Assembly: GCA_963836185.1 (NCBI GenBank)
Contig: CAWIIQ010000001.1
Coordinates: forward strand, 1,568,001-1,632,000
Direction: 5' to 3'
Origin: Candidatus Krumholzibacteriia bacterium
GTDB lineage: Bacteria > Krumholzibacteriota > Krumholzibacteriia > Krumholzibacteriales > Krumholzibacteriaceae
DNA length: 64,000 nt
The position numbers and the translations under genes were made by a program. The notes below the pieces were generated by a model, which was not told the origin of the DNA, searched no databases, and saw only the letters and a list, made by a program, of their open reading frames with translations. Below, piece by piece: positions 30,460 through 39,867 of this stretch (within the stretch, counting starts at the first letter, position 1; the number at the start of each line of letters is the position of its first letter).

Positions 30460-32235
30460 ATGAAAGGAATTCGCAAAGCATCTTCAGCTAAAGAACTTGC
30501 AGAAATCATGACAGAAAAAAGACGCAACACGCTCGTAGTATGCGTGCTTCTCGCTATTGTGCTCTTTCACATGGCTGTGGCGTGGCTGGATTTCTCCGTC
30601 CTTGCCCGAAACGGCTTTCTGTACGATGACAGCTTTTATGCCTTTCAGATAGCGCGAAATATGGCGGAGGGTGAGGGGATGACCTTCGATGGGATCCATC
30701 CAACCACCGGTTTCCAGCCCCTCTATGTATTCCTTCTTGTGCCTGTCTTCCTGCTCAGCGGGAGCGATCCAGCTCTTCCGATACATATCGCTCTTTCCAT
30801 GCTCGCGATATTCTCCGGTTTGACCGCCTACATGCTCTACAGGATAACGAGAAGATATGTCGGCTTCATGGCCGCTATCACTGCTACTCTGATCTGGGCG
30901 TTCTCCCCGATCGTAATCAGGCAGACTGCCAACGGACTCGAGACGGCGATATCCGCTTTCATGATCGCGGCAAGTGTTCTGTACTACCTTACAAGAGTGA
31001 GGGATAAGGATGAACCTCCCCCGTCCAGCTTCTTTGTGCTCGGCCTTCTTCTCGGGCTGAGTATCGTCTCAAGGATAGACGGCACCTTCCTCGCACTGAT
31101 CATGATGCTCGATTACCTCTTCGTGATGAAAAAAAGAGGGGCCGCTTCGAGGCGTCTTGCAGGGCTGATTCTGGTCCCCGCGGGTGTGCTTCTGCTGTAC
31201 GGTCCATGGCTGCTATTCAATGTCGTCGAGAGCGGGAGCATCATCCAGGACAGCGGCAGGGCAACACGCTTCCTGTCCCTGGCATACGCTTCATATTTCG
31301 GCTACGGCCCTGAATCTCTCGCTTTCAAGGGACCGGATATCTCGTTTATCTGGACGCATCTCGAGCATGCCGTTTCCTCCCTCAAAGTGATACCGCCTGT
31401 ACAGGTATTCTTCCGTTCAGCTGAAAAACTCGATGTGATGCTCGGCACGGGGGCGGCTATCAGGATCGCAGGCAACATAGCCGGATTCATCCTGCTTGCC
31501 GTCACAGGCATCGCGATACTCCGCTGGCGCAGGGACAGCAGGCGATCGAAGAGGGGAGAGGTCGATTTTCTGCTGCTATACTCGGTGACGCTGATGATCT
31601 CATACTCGCTCTATATTTTCGGCGCCTTCTTCTTCATGCGTTACTTTTACCCGATCTTTCTCGTTGCCTGCATATATCTCGCTTTCTTCCTGCAGGACGG
31701 ATTTGACTGGGTGCGCGGGCGATCGGCAGCTTTCAGGAAGATTGCTGTCGGCGCGGCTGCGGTATACATCTTTGTCTTCTCTTTCTTTTCCTATTCGCAG
31801 GCCTTCAAGTCCAATCCCGTCTATCCTTATTACGATATAGCCAGGTGGATAGAAACGAATACAAGGGAGGAAGACAAGCTCGGTGTCTTCCAGTGCGGTA
31901 CGATCGGCTACCTCTGCGACCGCAGTGTCATCAACCTCGACGGGAAAGTGAACCGCGAGGCATTCTTCGCCCTCGAGTCTGGGAGACTTGCTGAATACGT
32001 CAAAGATGAAGGAATAGATGTGGTCATAGACCACTACAAGATCATGGAGCTCTTTCTGGGAATCTCTCCCGGCGCCATGGAAGAGTCCTGTACCAGGGTG
32101 GCGCTTGGCTCGATGTATCCTACATGCGGGTGGTACGCCTTCAGGCGAGCTCTGCGCGCTACCGAAGGGCTTGCAGGGGATATCTCCGATCCCGATTCGT
32201 CCGGGTTCTCACAAACCCTCCATGAGACCGAATAA
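30460..32235 (+). CDS. GT-C (PMT/ArnT-like) membrane glycosyltransferase
   Basis: YDDSFY..IARN...G.G.TFDG...TTGFQPL first loop, GLET and R.D motifs, many TMs. Confidence 0.7.
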   Translation: MKGIRKASSAKELAEIMTEKRRNTLVVCVLLAIVLFHMAVAWLDFSVLARNGFLYDDSFYAFQIARNMAEGEGMTFDGIHPTTGFQPLYVFLLVPVFLLSGSDPALPIHIALSMLAIFSGLTAYMLYRITRRYVGFMAAITATLIWAFSPIVIRQTANGLETAISAFMIAASVLYYLTRVRDKDEPPPSSFFVLGLLLGLSIVSRIDGTFLALIMMLDYLFVMKKRGAASRRLAGLILVPAGVLLLYGPWLLFNVVESGSIIQDSGRATRFLSLAYASYFGYGPESLAFKGPDISFIWTHLEHAVSSLKVIPPVQVFFRSAEKLDVMLGTGAAIRIAGNIAGFILLAVTGIAILRWRRDSRRSKRGEVDFLLLYSVTLMISYSLYIFGAFFFMRYFYPIFLVACIYLAFFLQDGFDWVRGRSAAFRKIAVGAAAVYIFVFSFFSYSQAFKSNPVYPYYDIARWIETNTREEDKLGVFQCGTIGYLCDRSVINLDGKVNREAFFALESGRLAEYVKDEGIDVVIDHYKIMELFLGISPGAMEESCTRVALGSMYPTCGWYAFRRALRATEGLAGDISDPDSSGFSQTLHETE

Positions 32236-32250
32236 TATCCCCGGCAACAG

Positions 32251-32568
32251 CTAACGGATAAAGAACATCACCGCGACGGCTCCCATTCCGAGCAGCGCGA
32301 GCACCGACACCGATATGATCCCCGCCATCATTATCGTACGGATGAGCATCAGTCTTTTGGCTTCCTTGTAGGCTTCCATCTTGTCCTCCCATGTAAGTGG
32401 AACAGGCGCGTCGCCGGGCAGCTTCATACCTGCCGTCTCTTTCGCCATCTCAGCCAGTTCGGGGTCCGTGTCGAGGTATTCCCTTACCAGCTTCTTCGTG
32501 TCATCGCTCGCCTCTTCCTCGATGTAGAGCGGAAGCAGGTCGATTATCACATTCCTCGTAACCTCCAT
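32251..32568 (-). CDS. Membrane-anchored anti-sigma factor
   Basis: I.DLLPLY...AS..T...V ASD-like N-terminus and C-terminal TM; directly follows the ECF sigma gene. Confidence 0.75.
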   Translation of the reverse strand: MEVTRNVIIDLLPLYIEEEASDDTKKLVREYLDTDPELAEMAKETAGMKLPGDAPVPLTWEDKMEAYKEAKRLMLIRTIMMAGIISVSVLALLGMGAVAVMFFIR

Positions 32569-32569
32569 A

Positions 32570-33052
32570 TCAGGAAACCTCCTTTTTCATCCTGTCAGCG
32601 AGCAGCCTTTTTCGTACTCTGTGGACCTTTACCTTCGCAGATGCGAGAGAGAGCCCTAGAATCCGGGCAATATCGGTGTATGGCAGTTCATGTTTTACAC
32701 GGAGCACGAACGCGGTGCGGTCGCACTCGTGCATAGTAAGCAGGATCTGTTCGATCCTGCTCAGCTCATGTCTCGATTCTGTCACCCTGTCTGGGCCGGG
32801 AGAGGGATCGGAGTGAATGTCATCCAGGTCAGCCATGCGGCTCTCTTTCCGCAACTGCATAAGGTACAGGTTTCTCGCTATCGATATGAGGTAGGCTTTG
32901 AGTGTCTCAGTCCTGATATCTTCCCTGCGCGTCCAGGCTCGTATGATGGTCTCGGATGTGAGATCTTCCGCCTTCGCCCTGTCCCGGGAGATCCAGAGAG
33001 CGAATCGGTAGACGTCCTGAGAGTATGAATCGTACAGTTCCTGAAAATCCAT
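32570..33052 (-). CDS. ECF RNA polymerase sigma factor
   Basis: Region 2 (AEDLTSET..RAW, YL..IARN) and region 4 (Y.DIA.ILGLS...KVKVHR.R). Confidence 0.9.
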   Translation of the reverse strand: MDFQELYDSYSQDVYRFALWISRDRAKAEDLTSETIIRAWTRREDIRTETLKAYLISIARNLYLMQLRKESRMADLDDIHSDPSPGPDRVTESRHELSRIEQILLTMHECDRTAFVLRVKHELPYTDIARILGLSLASAKVKVHRVRKRLLADRMKKEVS

Positions 33053-33211
33053 CGTCATCCCTTCTCTGAGAATACTATGCATGAGAGGGGCAAAAGTTAC
33101 AATCAGGCGTGCATGAGGATTGTAAGGTGGATGGAATAAATGGGAGTGACGGGGGCCTCTGGCCCTGCCCCCGTGCATTTCAGGGGCGGGAGGCGGGAAC
33201 GGACTTTTAAT

Positions 33212-33239
33212 TTGAATTTGCCCGAAGGCGTGCTATAAT
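33212..33239 (+). promoter_or_regulatory. Putative sigma70 promoter with extended -10
   Basis: TTGAAT-N16-TATAAT, with TG one base before the -10. Confidence 0.55.
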
Positions 33240-33378
33240 CCCGCTGACGATTCTCAAGCGGAATATCAGAAAAAAATGATCAAAAACGAAACCCATCCGG
33301 GCGTAAGGGTTGCACCTGTCATTGCGTACAGGTGTGCCTACTCCATTTCACCACTATTCACATGAAGGAGGCAGAGCC

Positions 33379-35790
33379 ATGCGTATGAAGAGTAAGATCC
33401 TGATAGCCATCGTCTCATTGATAATGTTTCTGGGGACTCCCTCTCTTAAGGCTTTATGGATCGAGGATGGTATCGTAGTATGTACTGCAAGCGGTGTCCA
33501 GTATTTTCCCCGGATCATATCGGATGACCATGATGGTGCGATTATCGTATGGGAGGACGCCCGTGATATGTACCAGATGGTCTATGCACAGAAGGTGGAT
33601 TCCCATGGAAACGTTCAGTGGGTATCCGATGGTTTGTCCCTCACCACCGGGATAGAGGGGGACCACCAGTCCCCTGCGATGGCATCGGATGGTGCCGGCG
33701 GCGTGATCGTCACCTGGCACGATACTCGGAATTCATCTGAAGACATCTTTGTACAGAGAATCGATGCGGCAGGCAACGTTATGTGGGGACCTGGTGGGAC
33801 AGCAATCTGTACTGCCGCCGGAATGCAGTACAGTCCCGCTATCACGGCAGATGGCTCAGGTGGTGCGATTATTGTATGGGAGGACCTTCGGACCGGCGGT
33901 ATCAGAGACATCTACGCGCAGAAGATCGACGCGATGGGTGCCGTTCAGTGGACAGTTGACGGTGTGGCAATATGTACCGCTGCATTTAACCAGTATGATC
34001 CGAAAACCGTTTCAGACGGATCGGGCGGTGCGATCATCACGTGGCAGGATAACCGTAATTCTGAACATGACATCTATGCCCAGAAAATAACCGCGAGTGG
34101 CAATATCTCCTGGACGGCTGACGGCGTGCCGGTTTGCATTGTCTCTGGTGGACAGGATTACCCTGATCTTATTTCAGATGGTGGGGGTGGAGCGGTCATT
34201 GCCTGGTGGGATGAACGTGGGGGGCAGCATGATATCTACGCGCAACGTATACTCCATACTGGATCTGCCAGGTGGACCACTGGTGGTGTTCCCGTATGCG
34301 AGGCTGCCGGGAGCCAGGCGCTCCCCAGATTAGTCCCGGATGGCTCAGGCGGTGCAATCATCTCCTGGCATGATTTACGCGGTGCAACCGTTGATATCTA
34401 TGCCCAGAGGATTGACACATGGGGCAATGTCCTGTGGACGGTTGACGGCGTAGCCGTCTGCACGGCAGTTGGAACACAGGCCTATCCGGAAATCGCGCGG
34501 AACGGTACCGGGGGTGCGATCATCACATGGCAGGACGAACGTAGTTCGAACAGGAACATCTATGCACAATGTATAGATGCCGATGGAGACGTCCAGTGGG
34601 CGACTGACGGGGTGGCGCTCTGCATGGCCGGCTTGAACCAGTCCTATCCGATGATCGCTTATGACGGTTCGGGTGGTGCGATCGTCACATGGGAGGACAA
34701 TGGAAATGTCAACATCTATGCGCAGAGGATCGAGCGCAATGGCTACTGGGGCTACCCGGGTCCATATATACTGGCCGCACGGGATATCCCCGGCGATCAG
34801 GGAGGATTCGTAAACCTCTCCTGGGAGGCGAGCCGCCTTGATCCATGGCCTGAACAGGGCATCTCCAGCTATACCGTCTGGCGAGCTATCGGGGCGACAG
34901 GGATGGCTCCCATGATAGATGATGATACAGTCATCCTGACAGACATGTCTGATCTCAGCCATGGGATGGATGGGACTGTATTGCGTATGGAACAGACACC
35001 GACCGGCAATTTCTACTGGAAACTCATCTCGACGATCGATGTCTATTACCTTGAGTCATATTCGGAGATCGTCCCTACGCTTTTCGATTCGACCGCAACC
35101 AGCGATGAGCACCACTATTTCCAGGTGATCGCACATACAAGCGACCCTCTGGTATTCTGGATATCACCGCCGGACAGTGGATACTCGGTCGACAATCTCG
35201 CGCCGGCGGCTCCGCTGAGCTTCGCCGGAGAGCAGCTGTTTGTGCCTGAGGGACTGCAGCTGACCTGGGACCCAAACAACGAAACGGATCTCGCAGGCTA
35301 CAACATCTACCGTGGGACGAGTGAATCGTTTGAGCCCGGACCGGGCAGCTTTTTGACCTCGACGCCCGACACCTTCTCTCTCGACGATGGGTGGGACTGG
35401 TCAACGGGTTACTGGTACAAGGTCGCTGCCGTAGATGTCCACGGCAATGAGGGCGATTTCGCGGCGCTGGGTCCGGACATGCTCACTGGCGATGATCCAA
35501 AGCCGCTGCCCGACGCGTCATTCCTCGCGCAGAACTTTCCCAATCCCTTCAATCCACAGACTATGATCCGCTTCGGATTGAAGGAGGCATCACATGTGTC
35601 GCTGAGGATCTACGATCCGGCAGGGCGACTTGTCCGGGTGCTTGTTGACGGGCAGAGAGATACAGGGCAGTACGAGGAGCGATGGGGCGGGCTTGATGAT
35701 GCAGGGAGGAGTGTAGCAAGTGGCATCTTTTTCTACCGCCTTGTCGCCGGCAATTTCGTGCAGACCAGGAAGATGGTTTTTCTACGATAA
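33379..35790 (+). CDS. Secreted 8-repeat (probable beta-propeller) protein with Fn3-like and C-terminal FlgD-Ig/T9SS-like domain
   Basis: AAGGAGG SD; signal peptide; eight ~54-aa W..DG..VC...Q..P....DG.GGAII.W.D.R...DIYAQ repeats; C-terminal QNFPNPFNP...ASGIFFYRL...RKM. Confidence 0.85.
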   Translation: MRMKSKILIAIVSLIMFLGTPSLKALWIEDGIVVCTASGVQYFPRIISDDHDGAIIVWEDARDMYQMVYAQKVDSHGNVQWVSDGLSLTTGIEGDHQSPAMASDGAGGVIVTWHDTRNSSEDIFVQRIDAAGNVMWGPGGTAICTAAGMQYSPAITADGSGGAIIVWEDLRTGGIRDIYAQKIDAMGAVQWTVDGVAICTAAFNQYDPKTVSDGSGGAIITWQDNRNSEHDIYAQKITASGNISWTADGVPVCIVSGGQDYPDLISDGGGGAVIAWWDERGGQHDIYAQRILHTGSARWTTGGVPVCEAAGSQALPRLVPDGSGGAIISWHDLRGATVDIYAQRIDTWGNVLWTVDGVAVCTAVGTQAYPEIARNGTGGAIITWQDERSSNRNIYAQCIDADGDVQWATDGVALCMAGLNQSYPMIAYDGSGGAIVTWEDNGNVNIYAQRIERNGYWGYPGPYILAARDIPGDQGGFVNLSWEASRLDPWPEQGISSYTVWRAIGATGMAPMIDDDTVILTDMSDLSHGMDGTVLRMEQTPTGNFYWKLISTIDVYYLESYSEIVPTLFDSTATSDEHHYFQVIAHTSDPLVFWISPPDSGYSVDNLAPAAPLSFAGEQLFVPEGLQLTWDPNNETDLAGYNIYRGTSESFEPGPGSFLTSTPDTFSLDDGWDWSTGYWYKVAAVDVHGNEGDFAALGPDMLTGDDPKPLPDASFLAQNFPNPFNPQTMIRFGLKEASHVSLRIYDPAGRLVRVLVDGQRDTGQYEERWGGLDDAGRSVASGIFFYRLVAGNFVQTRKMVFLR

Positions 35791-35985
35791 CGAGTATCGT
35801 CAAGACAAACACGCCCTGGCGACGCAATTCAACCCAATCGAGCGTCGGGGGGACACCATTTGATTGGCTGATCGGGTGGACTTCCCCCGGTTCACTAGAC
35901 ACTCTATTACGATGCCTAGGAGAATACGTCCAAGGGTTACAAGAAGGAGACGCAAGGCTGATCCGCCTAACTCATTGGAAGTAAA

Positions 35986-36040
35986 TGGTGCCGGAGCCGG
36001 GAATCGAACCCGGATGAGGTTGCCCCCAGGGGATTTTGAG
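35986..36040 (-). repeat. tRNA-Leu 3'-half copy (att-like junction, distal)
   Basis: 52/55 identical to 40860-40914; identity ends at the anticodon loop. Confidence 0.92.
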
Positions 36041-36219
36041 ACGGGAAACCGAGTATTTGGAAATCGTTGATTTTCAACTACATATATCCGACAACAGAAT
36101 CTGAGAACGATTTGAATATGTTCGTTTTTGTACGAATATGTTTGATGTTATCAGGCACAATTTAGGCACAATTCTCATGCTACAATCATTTTGACACCCG
36201 CACCTGCCTTGGCTAGAAT
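36041..36219 (+). repeat. Conserved att-arm module, copy A
   Basis: IHF-like GAAATCGTTGATT (36060), GAATATGTT at 36114 and 36134, AGGCACAATTTAGGCACAATT (36153-36173), promoter. Confidence 0.85.
36191..36219 (+). promoter_or_regulatory. sigma70 promoter at the end of arm A, facing the cargo
   Basis: TTGACA-N17-TAGAAT, ending 9 bp before the kinase ATG. Confidence 0.7.
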
Positions 36220-36228
36220 CATCTCACC

Positions 36229-38614
36229 ATGCTAGGGGAAACAATATCTCATTATAGAATCTTAGATAAGCTCGGACAGGGCGGGATGGGTATGGTCTAT
36301 CGTGCAGTTGACACGAAGCTGGACCGCAAGGTGGCAATAAAGTTCCTGCCCGTTCATCTAAGCTCTGATCCCGATGCGACAAAGAGGTTCATACACGAGG
36401 CTAAGGCCGCCTCGGCGATCGATCACTCAAACATCGGGACGATCTATGAAATAGATGAGACCGAGGATGGAGTCACTTTCATCGTAATGGCTCTCTACGA
36501 CGGAGAGACACTTCGCGAGAGGATTGACAGAGGAGAGCTCAGTGTAGAGGAATCGATCGATATAGCATCCCAGATCGCCTCTGGCCTTTCAAAAGCACAC
36601 CAGAAGGACATCGTCCACAGGGACATAAAGCCATCTAACATAATCATCACGAGCGATGGGGAAGTGAAGATAATCGACTTCGGACTGGCCAAGCTTGCCG
36701 GCCGGACGAGACTGACCAAGGAGGCGAGTACGCTCGGAACAGCCGCCTACATGTCGCCCGAGCAGGCAAGGGGGGAAGAAGTAGATCACCGATCTGATAT
36801 TTTCTCTCTCGGAGTAATGTTCTACGAGATGCTTTCCGGTGAGCCTCCTTTCAAGGGTGAACACGAGGCGGCGCTTCTCTATTGTATAGTCCATGAGGAA
36901 ATAAAGCCGATCTGTGAGATTCGACACCAGCTGCCAGACACTCTGGCAGAGATAGTGTGTAGGTGTCTCGCGAAGGAGCCATCGGACCGCTTCGGGCATA
37001 CATCAGAGCTTGCCGCGCGCCTGAAGGAATTTTCCATGCAATCTTCCGGCGGCTCGTACAGGAAGCCGAGCGGGAATAGCATGATCAGGAAACTTCTGGT
37101 AATTCTCATCATCGCTGCATGCCTGATCGCTATCAGTGTGTTTGTCGTAAAAAGGTTGACAAGAGATCATATCGAAATAGAACAAAAACTGACCGCTGTG
37201 GACAACGAACTGGCCCGGCGCTGGAGCCATTCAATAGCAGTGCTCCCCTTCAGGGATTTTAGTTCCGGACAAGACCAGGCACATGTCTGCCTGGGTATAA
37301 CTGATGCTGTAAACGGTATCCTGTCGGAAATTCACGAGCTCAAGGTCATTTCGACCACATCTGTGATGAAGTTCAAGGAAACAGAGACTGATATAAAGGA
37401 TATAGGGGCCGATCTAGGAGTTGGAAATATTCTGGAAGGAACTGTTCAAAAGGAAGGAAACAGGATACGAGTCAGGGCGCAGCTCATAGAGACGGAGACC
37501 GGTTTTCACCTGTGGGCTGACACGTACGATGAGCGTTACGAAAACGTGTTTGAGGTGCAGGACAAGATTTCGCATGCGATAGCGCAGGCATTGAAACTCG
37601 AGCTGGTCCAGGGCTCGAAAAGATCCGCTGAGACCCTGCGAAGCAACATCGAAGCGTACGAGTACTACACGAGGGGGATATATCTCGTTAAGAGCAAATA
37701 CGTGATCACATTCGAAGAAGCTGACTTCCAGGCCGGGATCGATGCTGCATCGGACTATAGAGATCGATCCAAATTACGCAATGGCGTATTTTGGATTAGT
37801 CTGGGCCTTTGAGCACCATTTCCAGGTGACTGACAGCAAGAGCGACGCCGATAGTGTGAAATATTATGCCGAGAGAGCATATGCTCTGGATCCTGAGTCG
37901 GCGACAATGAACGCGATGAAGGGATATGTTCTCTACGTACACGAAAATGAACGCGATAAAGCCTTTAAGTATTTGCAGAAGGCTCTCGAGATCAATCCCA
38001 ATATCGGCGATGTGAACTTCCTGGCAGGTACATGTCTTCTCTACCACGGGCTGTACGAGCAAGCCTTGAGATTTCTACAGAGGTCTTCATCACTGGACCC
38101 TTATTACTTCTGGACACCATACAAGATCGCTATCTGCTACATGAACATGGACGATTTCGAAAATGCCGCACATTACTTCGAGGAATATTTTGAGCTGGCA
38201 CCAGTGGCACTCATGTTTCCGGGCAGATATATTTCTCTCATGGTACAGATGAACAATCTCGAAAGGGTCGAGGAACTCATCAGCGAAATGCAAAAAACAC
38301 ATCCGAACTATGGCGGGTTACCTTACTGCAAGGCCCTGCTCTTCGCTGCACGTGGAGAGAAGAAAGAAGCGCTGGCCCTTTATAGAAATTCCGCGATACT
38401 GGCGATGCTCGATATGAAGGATGAAGCAATAGCGGCTCTGAATAGAGAGATCCGTGGAACGAGAAGAAATCCCTTCATATTCTACAGGGATCTGCTCACT
38501 AATCCTTTTTACAACAACCTAAGGGATGATGATCACTTCAAAGAGATGCTGGCAGGAGAACAGGACTTGTACGACGAGACTGTTGCAAAGTACAGCTACT
38601 TCAATGACCTGTGA
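36229..38614 (+). CDS. Hanks-type Ser/Thr kinase + TM + TolB-N-like + TPR domains; frameshift near 37741
   Basis: LGQGGMG, VAIK, HRDIKPSN, DFGLA, YMSPEQ; TM; SIAVLPF domain; TPR ORF 37742-38614 continues in the +1 frame. Confidence 0.88.
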
Positions 38615-38645
38615 CAATACTTCGATGGAATATGTCGGGTAATAA

Positions 38646-38700
38646 TGGTGCCGGAGCCGGGAATCGAACCCGGATGGAGTTGCCCCCGGGGGATTTTGAG
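38646..38700 (-). repeat. tRNA-Leu 3'-half copy (att-like junction, middle)
   Basis: 55/55 identical to 40860-40914. Confidence 0.95.
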
Positions 38701-38877
38701 ACGGTACATAGAGTATTCGTAATTTATTGATTTTCAACTATATATCCGGCAACAGATTCTGAAGGCGTTTTGGATATATTCGTCTTTGTTTGGATATATT
38801 TGATATTCGTAGGCACAATTTAGGCACAATTCACATCTTCACGTTGATTTGACACCCAGGCACTGCACATGTAGTAT
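38701..38877 (+). repeat. Conserved att-arm module, copy B
   Basis: Consensus IHF site TAATTTATTGATT (38720), TTTGGATATATT at 38769 and 38789, AGGCACAATTTAGGCACAATT (38811-38831), promoter. Confidence 0.85.
38849..38877 (+). promoter_or_regulatory. sigma70 promoter at the end of arm B, facing the cargo
   Basis: TTGACA-N17-TAGTAT at the same relative position as in arm A. Confidence 0.65.
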
Positions 38878-38937
38878 CAGTACATCTTCCTAGGAAAAAC
38901 TACAAAAGCTGAATACCAGGGGCACAGGGGGAACACA

Positions 38938-39813
38938 ATGGGCAAGAGAATATTGCTATTGATCGCATCGGTCTTCATCGCAGGTGCTTCAGCGCACCAG
39001 GTCGTGAAAGCGGGATCGGAGCCACCAGCAAAAGGTGCTGCTGATATAGCCTCGCCCGGGCACTCCCAGGATATCAACAAGATCGTGGCCTTTGGAGACA
39101 GTTTTACAGATAACGGTCATGTTGATGGCCACGGCTTTAACAGAGATACAAATGGGAAAGTCTGGGTCGAATATTTATCGGATATGCTGAATTGTGATAA
39201 TTTGGACAACAGGGCTTGGGGTGGTGCTAGAACTGATTCAGGTCATTTTGCTGGACTGGATTGGTCGGGTTTCAATTGGCAGGTTGAAAACTATTCGATG
39301 ACATCTGAACCAGCAAAAACTCTTTATACAATCAGGATCGGAATAAACGACTACTGGGATGCAAAAGATGATCCCGCTCGCTCGGTATCAAATATTTAGA
39401 AAGGAATTCAAAGGCTAATTGAAAAAGGAGCAAAGAGGCTTGTCGTTTTTAACAACTTTGATCTGACATCAGCGCCAGGATATGGTCCGGAAACTGAGTA
39501 TCATGATCTAATACCGCAAGTTCGGGTATTGATATCTGAGTTCAACGATGAAATATCTGAAATGTTATTGAATGAAGAAACCGGATTAATTGTGAAATCC
39601 CCTGATGTAGAGATCACATTCATCGATATTTTTACTTTTATGAATGAATTGATCAAGAGTGAAAAATATTCGAATACTGATACCCCCTGGAAGGACTCGT
39701 ACAAATTTCCTCACCCTGATGAATTCTTATGGTATGACGAATGGCATCCAATGACCAGCTGCCACTTGGAAATTGCAAAATTTGTCCACAAGAAACTGGA
39801 ATTGAGAAAATAA
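38938..39813 (+). pseudogene. Secreted SGNH/GDSL hydrolase interrupted by an in-frame TAG (39397-39399)
   Basis: Signal peptide, FGDSFTD, AWGGA, GIND before the stop; the same frame continues KGIQRLIEKGAKRLVVFN...YDEWHP. Confidence 0.8.
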
Positions 39814-39867
39814 GGCGTTTACAATACAAAGGGTTCAACGTTTTGTTAACAGAAGGAGGAGTTAAAA

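Larger units (their letters stand above)
35986..38700. mobile_element. Integrase-less tRNA-Leu cassette A (unit 2660 bp), cargo Ser/Thr kinase
   Basis: Flanked by 55-bp tRNA direct repeats; begins with an arm homologous to that of cassette B. Confidence 0.7.

Noticed and set aside
35986-38700. The tRNA-like copies as extra tRNA genes or a CRISPR-type array
   Set aside because: They lack the 5' half (acceptor 5' strand, D arm, anticodon 5' stem), and the kilobase gene-bearing spacing fits att duplications rather than CRISPR spacers.
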